Shown here: piece by piece, positions 48,943 through 59,635 of the stretch
Layout of the letters: each line of letters begins with the position of its first letter
Position numbering within the stretch: position 1 is the stretch's first letter
Virus record (IMG/VR): IMGVR_UViG_3300033120_001068
Location: 1-64,000 of that record
DNA length: 64,000 bases
Strand: one strand, 5' to 3'
Source: a virus
Lineage: Duplodnaviria; Caudoviricetes
Made by a program: the position numbers and the translations under genes
The notes under the pieces: model-generated
Database searches by the model: none
Seen by the model: the letters and a program-made list of their open reading frames with translations, nothing else
What the model was told of the DNA's origin: nothing

Positions 48943-49941
48943 ATGAAACTTTCAAGACAAGAATTGGAAAAATTGATACAAGTAACTGGAACTGATTATT
49001 CCAAAAAGAATCTAACAGGAAAATGTCCAAAATGTAACCAAAATGAGTTTGGAATCTCACTTGATGAAAATCACAAGTTTGGTTGTTATAGATTAAAGAA
49101 ATGTGGTTTTTCAGGAAACATTTTTACTTTATTAAAATTCTTAGGCAAATTAGAGGAATATACAAAAGATGATTCTCGGTATAAAAACTCAATAGGTAAA
49201 CTTATTTCAGGCATCCAAGAACCAGAAAAAATTGTAGAAGAAGTACTCCTGCAAGAAGTATATAAACCAGTTGGTTGGAAAAGAATTTATTACCATGACT
49301 ACCTTGAAAAAAGAGGATTTACAAAAAAATACTATGAAAAATATTATATAGGCACAACTCACTTGGATCCCTATTTAAAAGATTTTTACATTATTATATT
49401 GATAGTCCAAAAAGGCTTAGTGGTTGGTTATGTTTCAAGACATATTTGGGATAAAAAACAAATTTTAGAACATAACAAGAAAAATCCTAAAAATCCAATT
49501 TTAAGATATAAAAACTCAACTTCTCAACTTTCTCTTTTCTTATATGGAATAGAAGAATGTAATAGTAATACTCACACTATAATTATAGTAGAAGGTTTCT
49601 TTGACAAGACAGTAACAGAAGAAATAGTAGGAGGAGAAGGAGTGGTGGTTTGTTGTACTTGGAAATGTGATATTAGTCCTTCTCAGATTGAGGACATTAA
49701 AAAAGTTAAAGGATTAAAAAATATCATTTTACTTTATGACCCTGATGTCTTGCAACAAGTAATAAGAACAGGAAATAAACTAAGTGATAGTTTCAATGAG
49801 CTTAACATTTATATAGGATGGAATGAAAATGGGAATGACCCTGGTGATATGGATGAAAAAGAGTTTATAGAAGTGATAGATAATATGGAAAAGATAGAAA
49901 AATTTGCTTATAAAAAAATTAGTAAGAAAGAATTAAGATGA
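48943..49941 (+). CDS. DNA primase (Zn finger plus TOPRIM)
   Basis: CPKC...C...CG; IVEGFFD, LYDPD and DPGD. Confidence 0.88.
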   Translation: MKLSRQELEKLIQVTGTDYSKKNLTGKCPKCNQNEFGISLDENHKFGCYRLKKCGFSGNIFTLLKFLGKLEEYTKDDSRYKNSIGKLISGIQEPEKIVEEVLLQEVYKPVGWKRIYYHDYLEKRGFTKKYYEKYYIGTTHLDPYLKDFYIIILIVQKGLVVGYVSRHIWDKKQILEHNKKNPKNPILRYKNSTSQLSLFLYGIEECNSNTHTIIIVEGFFDKTVTEEIVGGEGVVVCCTWKCDISPSQIEDIKKVKGLKNIILLYDPDVLQQVIRTGNKLSDSFNELNIYIGWNENGNDPGDMDEKEFIEVIDNMEKIEKFAYKKISKKELR

Positions 49942-49969
49942 TTTTGTTAAAAAAAACTTATTTTAAAGT

Positions 49970-50452
49970 ATGGAACAGTTAGAAAAAAAGAAAACAAGGC
50001 ATCTAACCACTTATGAATTTTTTGAAGCAATCCAAGTAGAATATATTTGTTGTCTATTAAGAAGTAAGATTTATAAGAAAGTTAGAGATAAGATTTATTG
50101 GTCAAAAGTAGCAGAAGGAAAAAAAGCAGTAATAGAAAGTATATCTTCAAGAAATGGAGATTTACCAACTATTTTCAGTGATAGTGACTTATTGCAAGCA
50201 CTACAAAGAAGAGTTTACAATGACAATGGTACTCCCTATTTTTCTTATAAAGACAAGGACCATAAATTGGTACAAGAATATTTTGATTTATTATACTACT
50301 ACTCTCTTGGAAGTCAAGTTAGGTATGATGTTGGTTTAGGACTTCAAATTGGTAAAATTATATCTTATAAACCATTTTCTAAAACTATAACAGTTGAGAC
50401 AAATGAAGAAAAGATTGACCTTGAAGTTTTTAAAGTAGTTAGAATTTTATAA
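49970..50452 (+). CDS. hypothetical protein
   Basis: 160-aa ORF; beta-rich SH3-like C-terminus. Confidence 0.6.
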   Translation: MEQLEKKKTRHLTTYEFFEAIQVEYICCLLRSKIYKKVRDKIYWSKVAEGKKAVIESISSRNGDLPTIFSDSDLLQALQRRVYNDNGTPYFSYKDKDHKLVQEYFDLLYYYSLGSQVRYDVGLGLQIGKIISYKPFSKTITVETNEEKIDLEVFKVVRIL

Positions 50453-50518
50453 TTTTATTTAAAATAGTTTTATTTAAAAAAATAAACCTTATATTTAAAA
50501 GGTTATTAAAAAAATCGT

Positions 50519-53500
50519 ATGTTAGAAATTGAGGAATTATTTCTCTCTTGGTGCCAGGAGAATTTAATTAAATTTGAAAAATTAGAAGAAAATATTTTCA
50601 ATATTCCAAGTTTTGGTAAAATATATTTAGTAGGTAAAGACAGAAATGAAAGAGACAGTACATTAGATACTTCTATGAACTTACTTTTGACTGACTTTGA
50701 GTATGAGGATATTGATAAAAAAGATCCTGATTATTTAGTTTATAAGTTTGGAGATAGATTTTATTACACCGAAACTGTTCAATCTCAAAAATTAATTCCC
50801 TTTTTATATGTAGGCGAACCAGATTTAGTTTTTGGTCCTATTGATTTTCCTTATCTTGGTATTCATTCAGGATTTGAACTTCTTTCAGGAAGTAGAAGAT
50901 ATAAGGATTATGTCCAAAAAATAAAATGGTTAGGCAGTACAATGGCAGGAGTTTGTGAAGAAAATACTCTTTCAGGAGTTATTTCTTTTCAAGAACAATG
51001 TGAGAAAAAGGGAATAAAATCAATTATTGGTGAAACTCTTTCTTTTTCATTAGTTGGTGATGAAATTAATAAAATTAAGTTCTATGTAAAAAATAAAGAA
51101 GGATGGACCAATTTACTTAAAATTCATAGACTTGCAACTACTGTAAATAAATTTATTTTATACAAAAAAGATTTAGACTATGACTTACTAAAAGGATTAA
51201 TAGTTGTAATTACACCAAGTATTGAATGTAGTTTAAGAACTATTTATAACCATTTCATAAAGGTCTTAAACCATAATGATACTTATTTTCAATTAGATTT
51301 TACAGAATGGACTTCACAAGATAGAGAAACTGCTTCCTTGTCAATTTTACAAGAATATATCTTGAATAAAGAAAACATTAAGTCAGTTCTTATAAATGAT
51401 TATTACTACTTAGAAAAAGGAGATTCTCATATAAAGAAAAAACTTGAATTTATAGGAGGAGGTGCTTTTAATTATTCTTCTAATGACCAATATTTAAAAA
51501 GTATTGACCAATATATTTTAGAACCTTTAGAATTAATAGAAAATGAAGAGTTTGTCTATTCTTTAATTGTAGATGCTTTGACCAATACAATTGATGCTTT
51601 TAAAGACATTGATTTTAATATTTTGACAAAAAAATTCTACTTACCAAAATTTCCAGTTGAGGGAAATGATACACCTGAAAGTTTACTTCTTGGTTATATA
51701 AGAAAAGGGATGCAAGAGAAAGTTGAGCCTTATAAAACAAGTACACAATTAGTTGAGTATTGGGAAAGAGTAGAAAGAGAATTTGATGTAATAAGTAGGG
51801 GTGGTTTTATTGATTATTTTCTTATCTTAATTGACTTATATCAATTTGCAGACAGAGAAGGAATATGGTATGGTATTGGAAGAGGGTCTTCTGCAGGATG
51901 TTTAATATCTTATTTAACTGGCATTGTAGGTGTAGATCCTATAAAGTATGACTTGTTCTTTGAAAGGTTCTTGAATGAAGGGAGACTTGGTAAATCTTTG
52001 CCTGATATTGATACTGATTGGCAAGGAAGTAGAAGAGAAGAAATAAAAAAATATTTAGAACATAAATATGGAAGTGACCAAGTAATAGGAATTGGTACTT
52101 ATGGTACATTTAGACTAAGAAATGCTTTTAGAGATGTAGCAAGAGCAAGTGGTATTGATATTGCAACTATAAATTTGGTTTCAAAGAATCTTCCTGATAC
52201 TGGTCAAAGGCAAGGAAGAGACCATTTTTATTGGGAACTTTTTCAATATTGCAGTTCAAGTATATTTTATGCTTTTTTACAGAAGTATCCTAATGTCTTA
52301 GAAGATATTTATCTGGTTTTAATGCAACCAAAAAATGCTTCAACTCATGCAGCAGGGGTGGTAATTACTCCAATAGAATTTGGAAAATCTTATGAGCAAC
52401 TCCCCGTAAAACTCATGGATGGTCAACCAGTATCAGAATGGGAGGGAGTTTTTGTAGATGAGGCAGGGTTTTTAAAAATAGATATTTTAGGAATTAAGCA
52501 ATTAGATAAACTTGCAGACATTTCTAAAATGATATTTGAGAGATATTCAAAAAATATAACTTTTAATGATATTGAGTTAGATGACCTTGAAGTATTTGAA
52601 AAGTTTAAGGGAGGATGGAATGAAGATGTCTTCCAATTGCAAGGAGTTGGTTTAAAAGGGTATTCAAAAGATCTTCAGCCTGATAACATTGAAGATATTA
52701 TAGCAACTGTTGCTTTATATAGACCAGGACCAATAGAAAGTGGCTCACATTTGAAGTATATTAAAAGAAAAAATGGAATTGAAGACATTGAGTTTTATCC
52801 AGGTATTGAAGAAATAACTAAAAGAACCTATGGTCTTGTGGTTTATCAAGAGCAAGTTATGCAGATATGCCAAAAACTTGCAGATTTCACATTAGTGGAA
52901 GCAGATGATATTAGAAAAGCAATGGGTAAGATGAAACCTGAGTTAGTTAGTGAGTACAAAATTATTTTCATGAAAAGAGTTAAAGAAAATGGTTATTCTG
53001 AAATTCTAATGGAAAGATTATGGGAGGAAATGGCAGCCTTTGCTAAATATGCCTTTAACCGTTCTCATGCTGTCTGTTATGCAATTACGGGGTATTATTG
53101 TCAATGGTTTAAAGTTTATTATCCATTAGAATTTTGGACCATTTCTTTACAGTATTCAAATGATGATGAAAGACCAAGTAGATTAACAGAAATTTATAAA
53201 ACTTCTACTATTAAAATAAAATCAGTTGATATTAATTATAGTTCAGTAGGGTTTAGGTCTGAGGTTAAAACAAATACTATTTACTGGTCCTTGGTGTCTG
53301 TTAAGTTTGTGGGAGAGAAAGTAGTTGAAGGTATTTTTGAAGAAAGAGAAAAAGGAGGATTATTTTATTCTTTTGAAGAATTTTTAAGTAGAATAAAAAA
53401 ATATTCCTCAGTAAATAAGAGAGCAATAACAAACCTTATAATCTGTGGAGCTTTTGATGAAATTGAAAAAATAAATGAACCTCAGGAAAGGTTTAGATTG

Positions 53501-53971
53501 TTTGACCAATTACATGGGAATGAAATAAAAGAAGATTTAAAGGAACTTAGGCTTTCAGACAACCACACCTGGGCTTTAAAAGAATATGATTTAACAGGAT
53601 TTGGTTTCTTTGACTTTGAAAAATTAATAGTAAAATCAACTTTATTCTCTAAAATTTCTTCTTATAAAACTAATCAAGAAATTCTTGAAAATGAAGAATT
53701 TATAGAACAACTAACTCATGTCTTGGTTGCAGGGTTATTAGTTGGTTTTGTTGAAAGGGAATCTAAAAATGGTAAGTTTTGTGAACTTCAATTAAGAGAC
53801 AATACTGACTTACTTTACATCACTGTATGGTCTGATTTTTATGATACAGAAATAATGAATGAAAAAAACATAGGAAAAACCATACTTTTTTATGGTCAAG
53901 TTACTTATGATACTTATAAAAAAAGCAATGTACTGCACAGTTGTAAAAAAACAAAAATTGACTTAATATGA
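50519..53971 (+). CDS. dnaE: DNA polymerase III alpha subunit (family C)
   Basis: GRGSSAG, DLFFERFLN, LPDIDTD, THAAGVVI, KIDILG, LYRPGP, YQEQVM and FNRSHA motifs; C-terminal OB fold. Confidence 0.96.
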   Translation: MLEIEELFLSWCQENLIKFEKLEENIFNIPSFGKIYLVGKDRNERDSTLDTSMNLLLTDFEYEDIDKKDPDYLVYKFGDRFYYTETVQSQKLIPFLYVGEPDLVFGPIDFPYLGIHSGFELLSGSRRYKDYVQKIKWLGSTMAGVCEENTLSGVISFQEQCEKKGIKSIIGETLSFSLVGDEINKIKFYVKNKEGWTNLLKIHRLATTVNKFILYKKDLDYDLLKGLIVVITPSIECSLRTIYNHFIKVLNHNDTYFQLDFTEWTSQDRETASLSILQEYILNKENIKSVLINDYYYLEKGDSHIKKKLEFIGGGAFNYSSNDQYLKSIDQYILEPLELIENEEFVYSLIVDALTNTIDAFKDIDFNILTKKFYLPKFPVEGNDTPESLLLGYIRKGMQEKVEPYKTSTQLVEYWERVEREFDVISRGGFIDYFLILIDLYQFADREGIWYGIGRGSSAGCLISYLTGIVGVDPIKYDLFFERFLNEGRLGKSLPDIDTDWQGSRREEIKKYLEHKYGSDQVIGIGTYGTFRLRNAFRDVARASGIDIATINLVSKNLPDTGQRQGRDHFYWELFQYCSSSIFYAFLQKYPNVLEDIYLVLMQPKNASTHAAGVVITPIEFGKSYEQLPVKLMDGQPVSEWEGVFVDEAGFLKIDILGIKQLDKLADISKMIFERYSKNITFNDIELDDLEVFEKFKGGWNEDVFQLQGVGLKGYSKDLQPDNIEDIIATVALYRPGPIESGSHLKYIKRKNGIEDIEFYPGIEEITKRTYGLVVYQEQVMQICQKLADFTLVEADDIRKAMGKMKPELVSEYKIIFMKRVKENGYSEILMERLWEEMAAFAKYAFNRSHAVCYAITGYYCQWFKVYYPLEFWTISLQYSNDDERPSRLTEIYKTSTIKIKSVDINYSSVGFRSEVKTNTIYWSLVSVKFVGEKVVEGIFEEREKGGLFYSFEEFLSRIKKYSSVNKRAITNLIICGAFDEIEKINEPQERFRLFDQLHGNEIKEDLKELRLSDNHTWALKEYDLTGFGFFDFEKLIVKSTLFSKISSYKTNQEILENEEFIEQLTHVLVAGLLVGFVERESKNGKFCELQLRDNTDLLYITVWSDFYDTEIMNEKNIGKTILFYGQVTYDTYKKSNVLHSCKKTKIDLI

Positions 53972-54444
53972 CCAACCAAATTAAAACCAAAGCACCTAAA
54001 CAGGTGGTTGTTAGACAAATCTCAGAAGGGATTGTAACCAATGATAAAAAGACAACTTATAAAAAAATACTTTTCAAATGCCTTGCAGGGAATGACTGGT
54101 TGATGTATGTTAGAAAGGATTATGGGAGATATCTTTATGACTCAATAAAAGTAGGAGATATTTATACCAATGTTCAACTTTCTGATAAAGGGTCAAGAGT
54201 GAATCAACTTAGTTCAAAATTGAATACCCCATTAGGTAATACTAAAGATTGGATTGATGAAGGACATAAAGGAAGTGGTGTGCACTGTTATAGACATTCT
54301 GAAAAACCAGAAAAAACTATTCTTATAATACCAAAAACTGATAATCCAGGATTTAAGTTAGTTATTTTTCAAGATGGTTCCAATATTATTCCATATACTT
54401 TGAGTAAGGTTGAAATATTGAATAAATTTTGTATTTTTTTATAA
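53968..54444 (+). CDS. hypothetical protein
   Basis: 158-aa ORF overlapping the dnaE stop (ATGA-type overlap). Confidence 0.6.
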   Translation: MTNQIKTKAPKQVVVRQISEGIVTNDKKTTYKKILFKCLAGNDWLMYVRKDYGRYLYDSIKVGDIYTNVQLSDKGSRVNQLSSKLNTPLGNTKDWIDEGHKGSGVHCYRHSEKPEKTILIIPKTDNPGFKLVIFQDGSNIIPYTLSKVEILNKFCIFL

Positions 54445-54446
54445 TT

Positions 54447-54500
54447 TTTTATTTAAAATACTTTTATTTAAATAAACTTTAATTATATTTATACTAACAA
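54447..54500 (+). promoter_or_regulatory. repeated promoter cassette (copy 1)
   Basis: Palindrome TTTATTTAAATAAA (54463-54476) plus TATATTTA (54484-54491); near-identical to 61934-61990. Confidence 0.7.
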
Positions 54501-54538
54501 CTCAAACACAAATAAAAACTCAAACAAAAACTGAACCC

Positions 54539-56470
54539 ATGAAAAAAAACAATACCATACTTAGAAAGTATCAAAAAAATGACCTTCAACTAGTACTTGA
54601 AAGTCTTGAAAAAAATGATGGAGTATTATATCAATTGATGACTGGGGGAGGGAAATCAGTTATTATTTCTGAAGTTATTCAAACTTATAAAAACAAAAAA
54701 ATCCTCTTCCTTGCTCATAGAAGAGAACTGCTTCTACAAATGAGGAGAAGACTTCAAGAGTCAGGATTAAAAGTTGGAGTAATGATGTCTGAAATGGAAG
54801 AAGAATTAGAAGACAATATAGTTATTGCTTCCATTCAAACTGCTACAAGAGAAAAGAGATTAAGTTCCTTATTGGAACATAAATGGGATTTAATTGTAAT
54901 TGATGAAGCACATCATTTAAGATCTCCTTCTTATGATAAATTACTTGATGCTTTAAAAAGTGAAAATGAAGGCATTAAAATCTTTGGAGTAACTGCAACT
55001 CCATACCGTTCTGATAAGAAAGAATTTACTCCTTATTTCCAAGATTTGATTACTTCCCTCCCTGCAGAAGAATTAGTTGCACAAGGATATTTAGCAGGAG
55101 TTACTACTTTTTCTATGAAATTAACAGACATAGAAACAGAAGTTGTAAGATATGAAAATGACTACCAAACATCTTCACTTTCTGAATATATGAGAAAACC
55201 AAAGTATCTCCAATACTTGGTTGATATGTATAAAGAAAAAGCAGATGGTAAGCAAATGATAGTTTTCTGTGTAGACATTAAACATGCTAAGTCAGTAATG
55301 GAAACTTATATAAACAATGGTTATACTTCTATTGGTTATATAGATTCATCTGTAACTAATGAGGAAAGGGACTCTATTTTGTTAGCATATAGAAACAAAG
55401 AACTTGATATAATTGTCTGTATTGAAACTTTAACCGAAGGTGTAGATTTACCAGAAACCAGTGTTGTTCAAATTGCAAGACCTACTAAATCAATTATTTT
55501 ATTTTCTCAAATGGGAGGAAGGGGAACTAGGCCAAAAGAAGATGGCAGTAATTTAATACTTTTAGATTGTGGAGATTGTATGAATGAACATGGTCATCTA
55601 TATTCAAAAAGGGAATGGACACTTGATTCTTCCAAAGATCCAAATAGTTTAAGAAAAGGAAATAAGGTGGTTGCAAAAAGGAATGGTGAGTTTATAGAAT
55701 TTTCAGAAGTAGAAGATGGTAGTTTTGACGAATTAGTTGAACTTTCCATGGAAGAATATTTAATGAATTTTTCTGGTTCTATTGAAAAAATGAAAGAAAA
55801 AAACAGTCAGTTAGATGATGAAATTTCAGAAATTCTAAAAAATACACATAAAAAAATACTTGAAAAATTTCTAAAAGAACATGCTACTCTCTTTATCGAA
55901 TCATCTGTATCTGAACGTTACTTTGATTTTTCTTTGAAAACAAATAAGTATAATCCCATAATTACAATAGGAAGTTATAGTAAACCTGAAGAAATACTTA
56001 TAGGAGGAGTAAAAGGGACAGTTGAAGAAGTTCAGAATCAAGTTAATCTTACTCAGATTTTTACAAAAAACTTGCTTGAAATACTTAAAATTACTTCTTC
56101 TGCAAGAAAGGAAATTGCAGAAATTAAAAGTAAGAAAGTTGATATTTATGAGTTAAAAGAAAAAGTTTTAGTTCTGAAAGAAGAAAAAAGACTTCTTGAG
56201 TTACAAGATTTACTTTCAATTACAGATGGATCTCTGTTCTTAAAAAATGAACAGTCAATAGGACAATGGTTTTCAAATAGTTATGGTTGGGTGAATGAAA
56301 TTAAGTTCAGTAGAAATAAATTGCTTTCCACAAATGATGTAACTTTTATCAAAAAAACAGAAGAGAAGTCTAAAAAAATACACCATGTTAAATTCTTGGA
56401 AAAGAAAAAAATACTTGAAATCTTTTCCACTAAATTACTAACTGAAATAAGAGAAAATTTAAATAATTAA
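54539..56470 (+). CDS. superfamily 2 DEAD/DEAH-like helicase
   Basis: TGGGKS, DEAHH, TAT, LTEGVDLP and QMGGRGTR. Confidence 0.92.
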   Translation: MKKNNTILRKYQKNDLQLVLESLEKNDGVLYQLMTGGGKSVIISEVIQTYKNKKILFLAHRRELLLQMRRRLQESGLKVGVMMSEMEEELEDNIVIASIQTATREKRLSSLLEHKWDLIVIDEAHHLRSPSYDKLLDALKSENEGIKIFGVTATPYRSDKKEFTPYFQDLITSLPAEELVAQGYLAGVTTFSMKLTDIETEVVRYENDYQTSSLSEYMRKPKYLQYLVDMYKEKADGKQMIVFCVDIKHAKSVMETYINNGYTSIGYIDSSVTNEERDSILLAYRNKELDIIVCIETLTEGVDLPETSVVQIARPTKSIILFSQMGGRGTRPKEDGSNLILLDCGDCMNEHGHLYSKREWTLDSSKDPNSLRKGNKVVAKRNGEFIEFSEVEDGSFDELVELSMEEYLMNFSGSIEKMKEKNSQLDDEISEILKNTHKKILEKFLKEHATLFIESSVSERYFDFSLKTNKYNPIITIGSYSKPEEILIGGVKGTVEEVQNQVNLTQIFTKNLLEILKITSSARKEIAEIKSKKVDIYELKEKVLVLKEEKRLLELQDLLSITDGSLFLKNEQSIGQWFSNSYGWVNEIKFSRNKLLSTNDVTFIKKTEEKSKKIHHVKFLEKKKILEIFSTKLLTEIRENLNN

Positions 56471-56476
56471 TATATT

Positions 56477-57241
56477 ATGCCTAAAACATTAATAAGTAGT
56501 GAAAGTGCTACACATCCAATCCCTGAAGGATATAAAGAAGGAAAACTTATGATTTCTGAACTCTTCATTGATACAATACAAGGGGAAGGAAGGACAATTG
56601 GATTCCCTTGTATCTTCATAAGATTTACAGGATGTACTTTAAATTGTAGTTGGTGTGATACCACAGAAGTATGGAGAAAAGGACTTTACTACACTTTTGA
56701 AGATTTATTTACTATGCTTGAAATAAGTGGAACAATTGGTAAGTTGAAAACTGGTCAACACTTAATTTTAACAGGAGGTAGTCCTTTAAAACAACAAAAA
56801 AGTATAGTAGAATTTTTGATGCAATTTATTTCTAAATATGGTTTTAAACCTTTTATAGAAGTAGAAAATGAGTGTGTTTTAATGCCTTCAAGACACTTGA
56901 TTTCTTTGGTTGACCAATGGAATAATTCTCCAAAATTAGCTAATTCAAACATGAAAGTTAAAGCAAGAATGAAACCTGATATAATCTTAGCAACTGCTTT
57001 ACTTCCAAACTCATGGTTTAAGTTTGTTGTTTATTGTCAAGAAGACTGGAATGAAATACTTTCTGATTTTGTTGAAACCGGACTTGTAACCATGGATCAA
57101 ATAATACTTATGCCTCTTGGAATAAATCAAGAAGAGTTAAGTAAATCAAGAGAATTCGTTGTAAATTTATGTACTGAAAATTCAGTACTTTTTTCTGATA
57201 GGTTGCATATAACAATATGGGACAAAAAAACTGGTGTATAA
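56477..57241 (+). CDS. queE: 7-carboxy-7-deazaguanine synthase (radical SAM)
   Basis: TIQGEG...IRFTGCTLNCSWCDT (CxxxCxxC), TGGSP, SPKL and RLHI..W. Confidence 0.93.
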   Translation: MPKTLISSESATHPIPEGYKEGKLMISELFIDTIQGEGRTIGFPCIFIRFTGCTLNCSWCDTTEVWRKGLYYTFEDLFTMLEISGTIGKLKTGQHLILTGGSPLKQQKSIVEFLMQFISKYGFKPFIEVENECVLMPSRHLISLVDQWNNSPKLANSNMKVKARMKPDIILATALLPNSWFKFVVYCQEDWNEILSDFVETGLVTMDQIILMPLGINQEELSKSREFVVNLCTENSVLFSDRLHITIWDKKTGV

Positions 57242-57471
57242 TGAAAAACTTAGAAGTAGAATTAAAAGAATTGGTATTAGATACTGCTAATGCAACCCTT
57301 ATTATTTCAGTAAATAAAGAAGGGAAATGGTATGCAACCATTGGAGATAAAGGAGCAAGAGTGGAAGAAGAGGGTTTAAAACAACTTGTCCCTTCAATAA
57401 TTTCTTATTTAAAAGAAAATAGAAAAGTTAAAGAACCTACAAAAAGATCACTTAAAAACTTTACATTGTAA
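57241..57471 (+). CDS. hypothetical protein
   Basis: Probable start MKNLEVE, coupled to the queE stop. Confidence 0.5.
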   Translation: MKNLEVELKELVLDTANATLIISVNKEGKWYATIGDKGARVEEEGLKQLVPSIISYLKENRKVKEPTKRSLKNFTL

Positions 57472-57474
57472 CGT

Positions 57475-57924
57475 ATGTATGAATCAACTAAATTTTTTAA
57501 AGGGTACTCATGTGCTATCAGACAATGGAGAGCAAGTCATTCTCATTGCCAATTGGTGCATGGATATTCTTTTTATTTTCAAATAACTTTTTCTCCTATA
57601 AATGGAAAGTTAGACGAAATGAATTGGGTTCAGGATTTTGGTTCTTTTAAAAGAAATGGTCTTAAAGAATGGTTAGATGAAATGTTTGACCACACCACTT
57701 TAATTGAAAAAGATGACCCTTACCTTGAATGGTTTCAATGGGCAGATTCTGAAAAGATTTTAAAGTTAGTTATACTTGACCAGATGGGTGCAGAATCAGT
57801 AGCTAAACTTGTTTTTGATAAGTTCAATGAAAGACTTAGTTTAATTGAGGGAGGAAGAGTTGAAGTTGTCAAAGTAGAATGTTTTGAAAATGAAAATAAT
57901 TCAGGAATTTATAAAAAACAGTGA
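57475..57924 (+). CDS. queD: 6-carboxy-5,6,7,8-tetrahydropterin synthase
   Basis: HSHCQLVHGY, DFG, FDHT, GAE and ENENN. Confidence 0.9.
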   Translation: MYESTKFFKGYSCAIRQWRASHSHCQLVHGYSFYFQITFSPINGKLDEMNWVQDFGSFKRNGLKEWLDEMFDHTTLIEKDDPYLEWFQWADSEKILKLVILDQMGAESVAKLVFDKFNERLSLIEGGRVEVVKVECFENENNSGIYKKQ

Positions 57925-58275
57925 ATGAAAAAAGAAGAACAAATAAGTAGACTTAATCAATTGGATAAAGATACAATTGAGTTGATAAAAACTAAATCTG
58001 AGGATTATGCAAAGGATATAGATGTTCTTTCAAACTTCAAAATAGTTTCAAAACTGATTGAGTTAATTGGAGTTGATGTCACCAAACCAGAAGGGTATGC
58101 AATGTTAATGGTACTTTTAAAAATAGTAAGAATTTGGAACTTAAAATCAGCAAATAAAATTCCAAACAATGAGTCACTTTTAGATTCTTATAAAGATCTA
58201 ATAAATTATGCTAAATTATCATTACTTAACGAAATAGAATCTAATAAAAATGTCACTACAGAAAACAAAAACTAA
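57925..58275 (+). CDS. DUF1599-like nucleotide-modification-associated all-alpha protein
   Basis: KSEDYA..SNF...LK..R...ESLLDSYKDLINYA pattern. Confidence 0.55.
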   Translation: MKKEEQISRLNQLDKDTIELIKTKSEDYAKDIDVLSNFKIVSKLIELIGVDVTKPEGYAMLMVLLKIVRIWNLKSANKIPNNESLLDSYKDLINYAKLSLLNEIESNKNVTTENKN

Positions 58276-58921
58276 TCCTGAATTAGGGAAAAAAGTTGAA
58301 AAATACTTAAAAGAAAAAGGAGTCCAAACTCCCATGTCCAATTTTGAAATCTTGGATGAAGAAAAAAAAGAAATAATAGAAGACAGTTTTAGAAAGATAA
58401 TGCAAGTTTTAGGACTTGATTTATCAGATGATTCTTTAGAAGACAGTCCTAAAAGAGTTTCAAAAATGTATGTAGATGAAATATTTTGGGGATTAAATCC
58501 TTCAAACTTTCCTAAATGTACTGCAATTGACAACAAGATGAATGTAGATGAGATGGTCATAGAAAGAAACATAAATGTCCAAAGCAACTGCGAACACCAT
58601 TTTGTTATAATAGATGGCACTTGTGATGTAGCATATATCCCAAAAAACAAAGTTTTAGGATTATCAAAAATGAATAGGATAGTTGAATATTTTTCAAAAA
58701 GGCCTCAAGTTCAAGAAAGACTTACAAGTCAAATTTTTCATACCTTATGTTTCATTTTGGAAACAGAAGACGTAGCAGTTAGAATAAAGGCTCAGCACTT
58801 TTGTGTTAAGTCAAGAGGAGTTGAGGATACTGGTTCAGACACAGTCACTTCAAAGTTGGGAGGTTCTTTTAAAAATGAGCCTGAATGTAGATCTGAATTT
58901 TTCTCACTTCTTAACAAATAA
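58250..58921 (+). CDS. folE: GTP cyclohydrolase I
   Basis: SNCEHHF, GLSKMNRIV..FSKRPQVQERLT and HFCVKSRGV. Confidence 0.96.
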   Translation: MSLQKTKTNPELGKKVEKYLKEKGVQTPMSNFEILDEEKKEIIEDSFRKIMQVLGLDLSDDSLEDSPKRVSKMYVDEIFWGLNPSNFPKCTAIDNKMNVDEMVIERNINVQSNCEHHFVIIDGTCDVAYIPKNKVLGLSKMNRIVEYFSKRPQVQERLTSQIFHTLCFILETEDVAVRIKAQHFCVKSRGVEDTGSDTVTSKLGGSFKNEPECRSEFFSLLNK

Positions 58922-58923
58922 GA

Positions 58924-59343
58924 ATGCCAAAAGTAACTCATGTTAAAAGTTGCAATAAAACTATTTTTTTTATCAATTCAAAAGGAGAAGAAAAAGTTTT
59001 AGTTGAAAAAGGGAAAGAATATTGGTGGTGGAAATTTAGAAATTTTCCAAGACAAGTTTCTTCAACAAAACCTAAACCAAGAGATGTAAGACATCCTAAT
59101 AAATCTACTTGGGATCTTGATATTCAAAAGTACCAAGAAGAAGTCAATGATTTAGAAGAATGTCTTGATTTAGAACTTATTGAGAACTTGATTTCTGAAT
59201 TAGAAGAACAAGTTGAAACTATGCAAGATTCTTTATCTAATATGCCTGAGCAATTACAAGAATCAAGTATTCTTAATGAAAGAATAGAAGAACTGCAAGA
59301 ATTTATTTCCACTTTGGAAGGAATTGATTTAGAAGAAAGATAA
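58924..59343 (+). CDS. hypothetical protein
   Basis: Basic N-half (KGKEYWWWKF), acidic coiled-coil C-half. Confidence 0.65.
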   Translation: MPKVTHVKSCNKTIFFINSKGEEKVLVEKGKEYWWWKFRNFPRQVSSTKPKPRDVRHPNKSTWDLDIQKYQEEVNDLEECLDLELIENLISELEEQVETMQDSLSNMPEQLQESSILNERIEELQEFISTLEGIDLEER

Positions 59344-59350
59344 ATTAAAA

Positions 59351-59635
59351 ATGGAAACTACCGTTGACGAATACCAAAATAAAGTGACCTTAGTAAAGAA
59401 ATATGTAAAAGGCCAAGAAGATTTATATTTATTAGCCAAACTTACTGAGGAAGCAGGCGAGGTTGCAAAAGAAATAAGAAGGAAAGTAGAAGGAATAGAT
59501 ACTTGTAAAGATCTTACAAGTGAGTTGGGAGATTTACTTTGGTGTATCACTGCAATAGCAGAAAGAAATGACATTGCAATGAGCAAAGTTATTGAAGCTA
59601 ACCTTGAAAAATTAAAACAAAGAGGCTTATTATGA
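59351..59635 (+). CDS. mazG: MazG-like nucleotide pyrophosphohydrolase
   Basis: LTEEAGEVAKEIRR...ELGDLLWCITAIA. Confidence 0.88.
   Translation: METTVDEYQNKVTLVKKYVKGQEDLYLLAKLTEEAGEVAKEIRRKVEGIDTCKDLTSELGDLLWCITAIAERNDIAMSKVIEANLEKLKQRGLL

Noticed and set aside
57919-57930. In-frame stop-ATG adjacency (queD/DUF1599-like; also 48942/48943 and 42728/42729) as readthrough fusions
   Set aside because: Back-to-back stop/start is ordinary translational coupling in compact phage genomes; no other support
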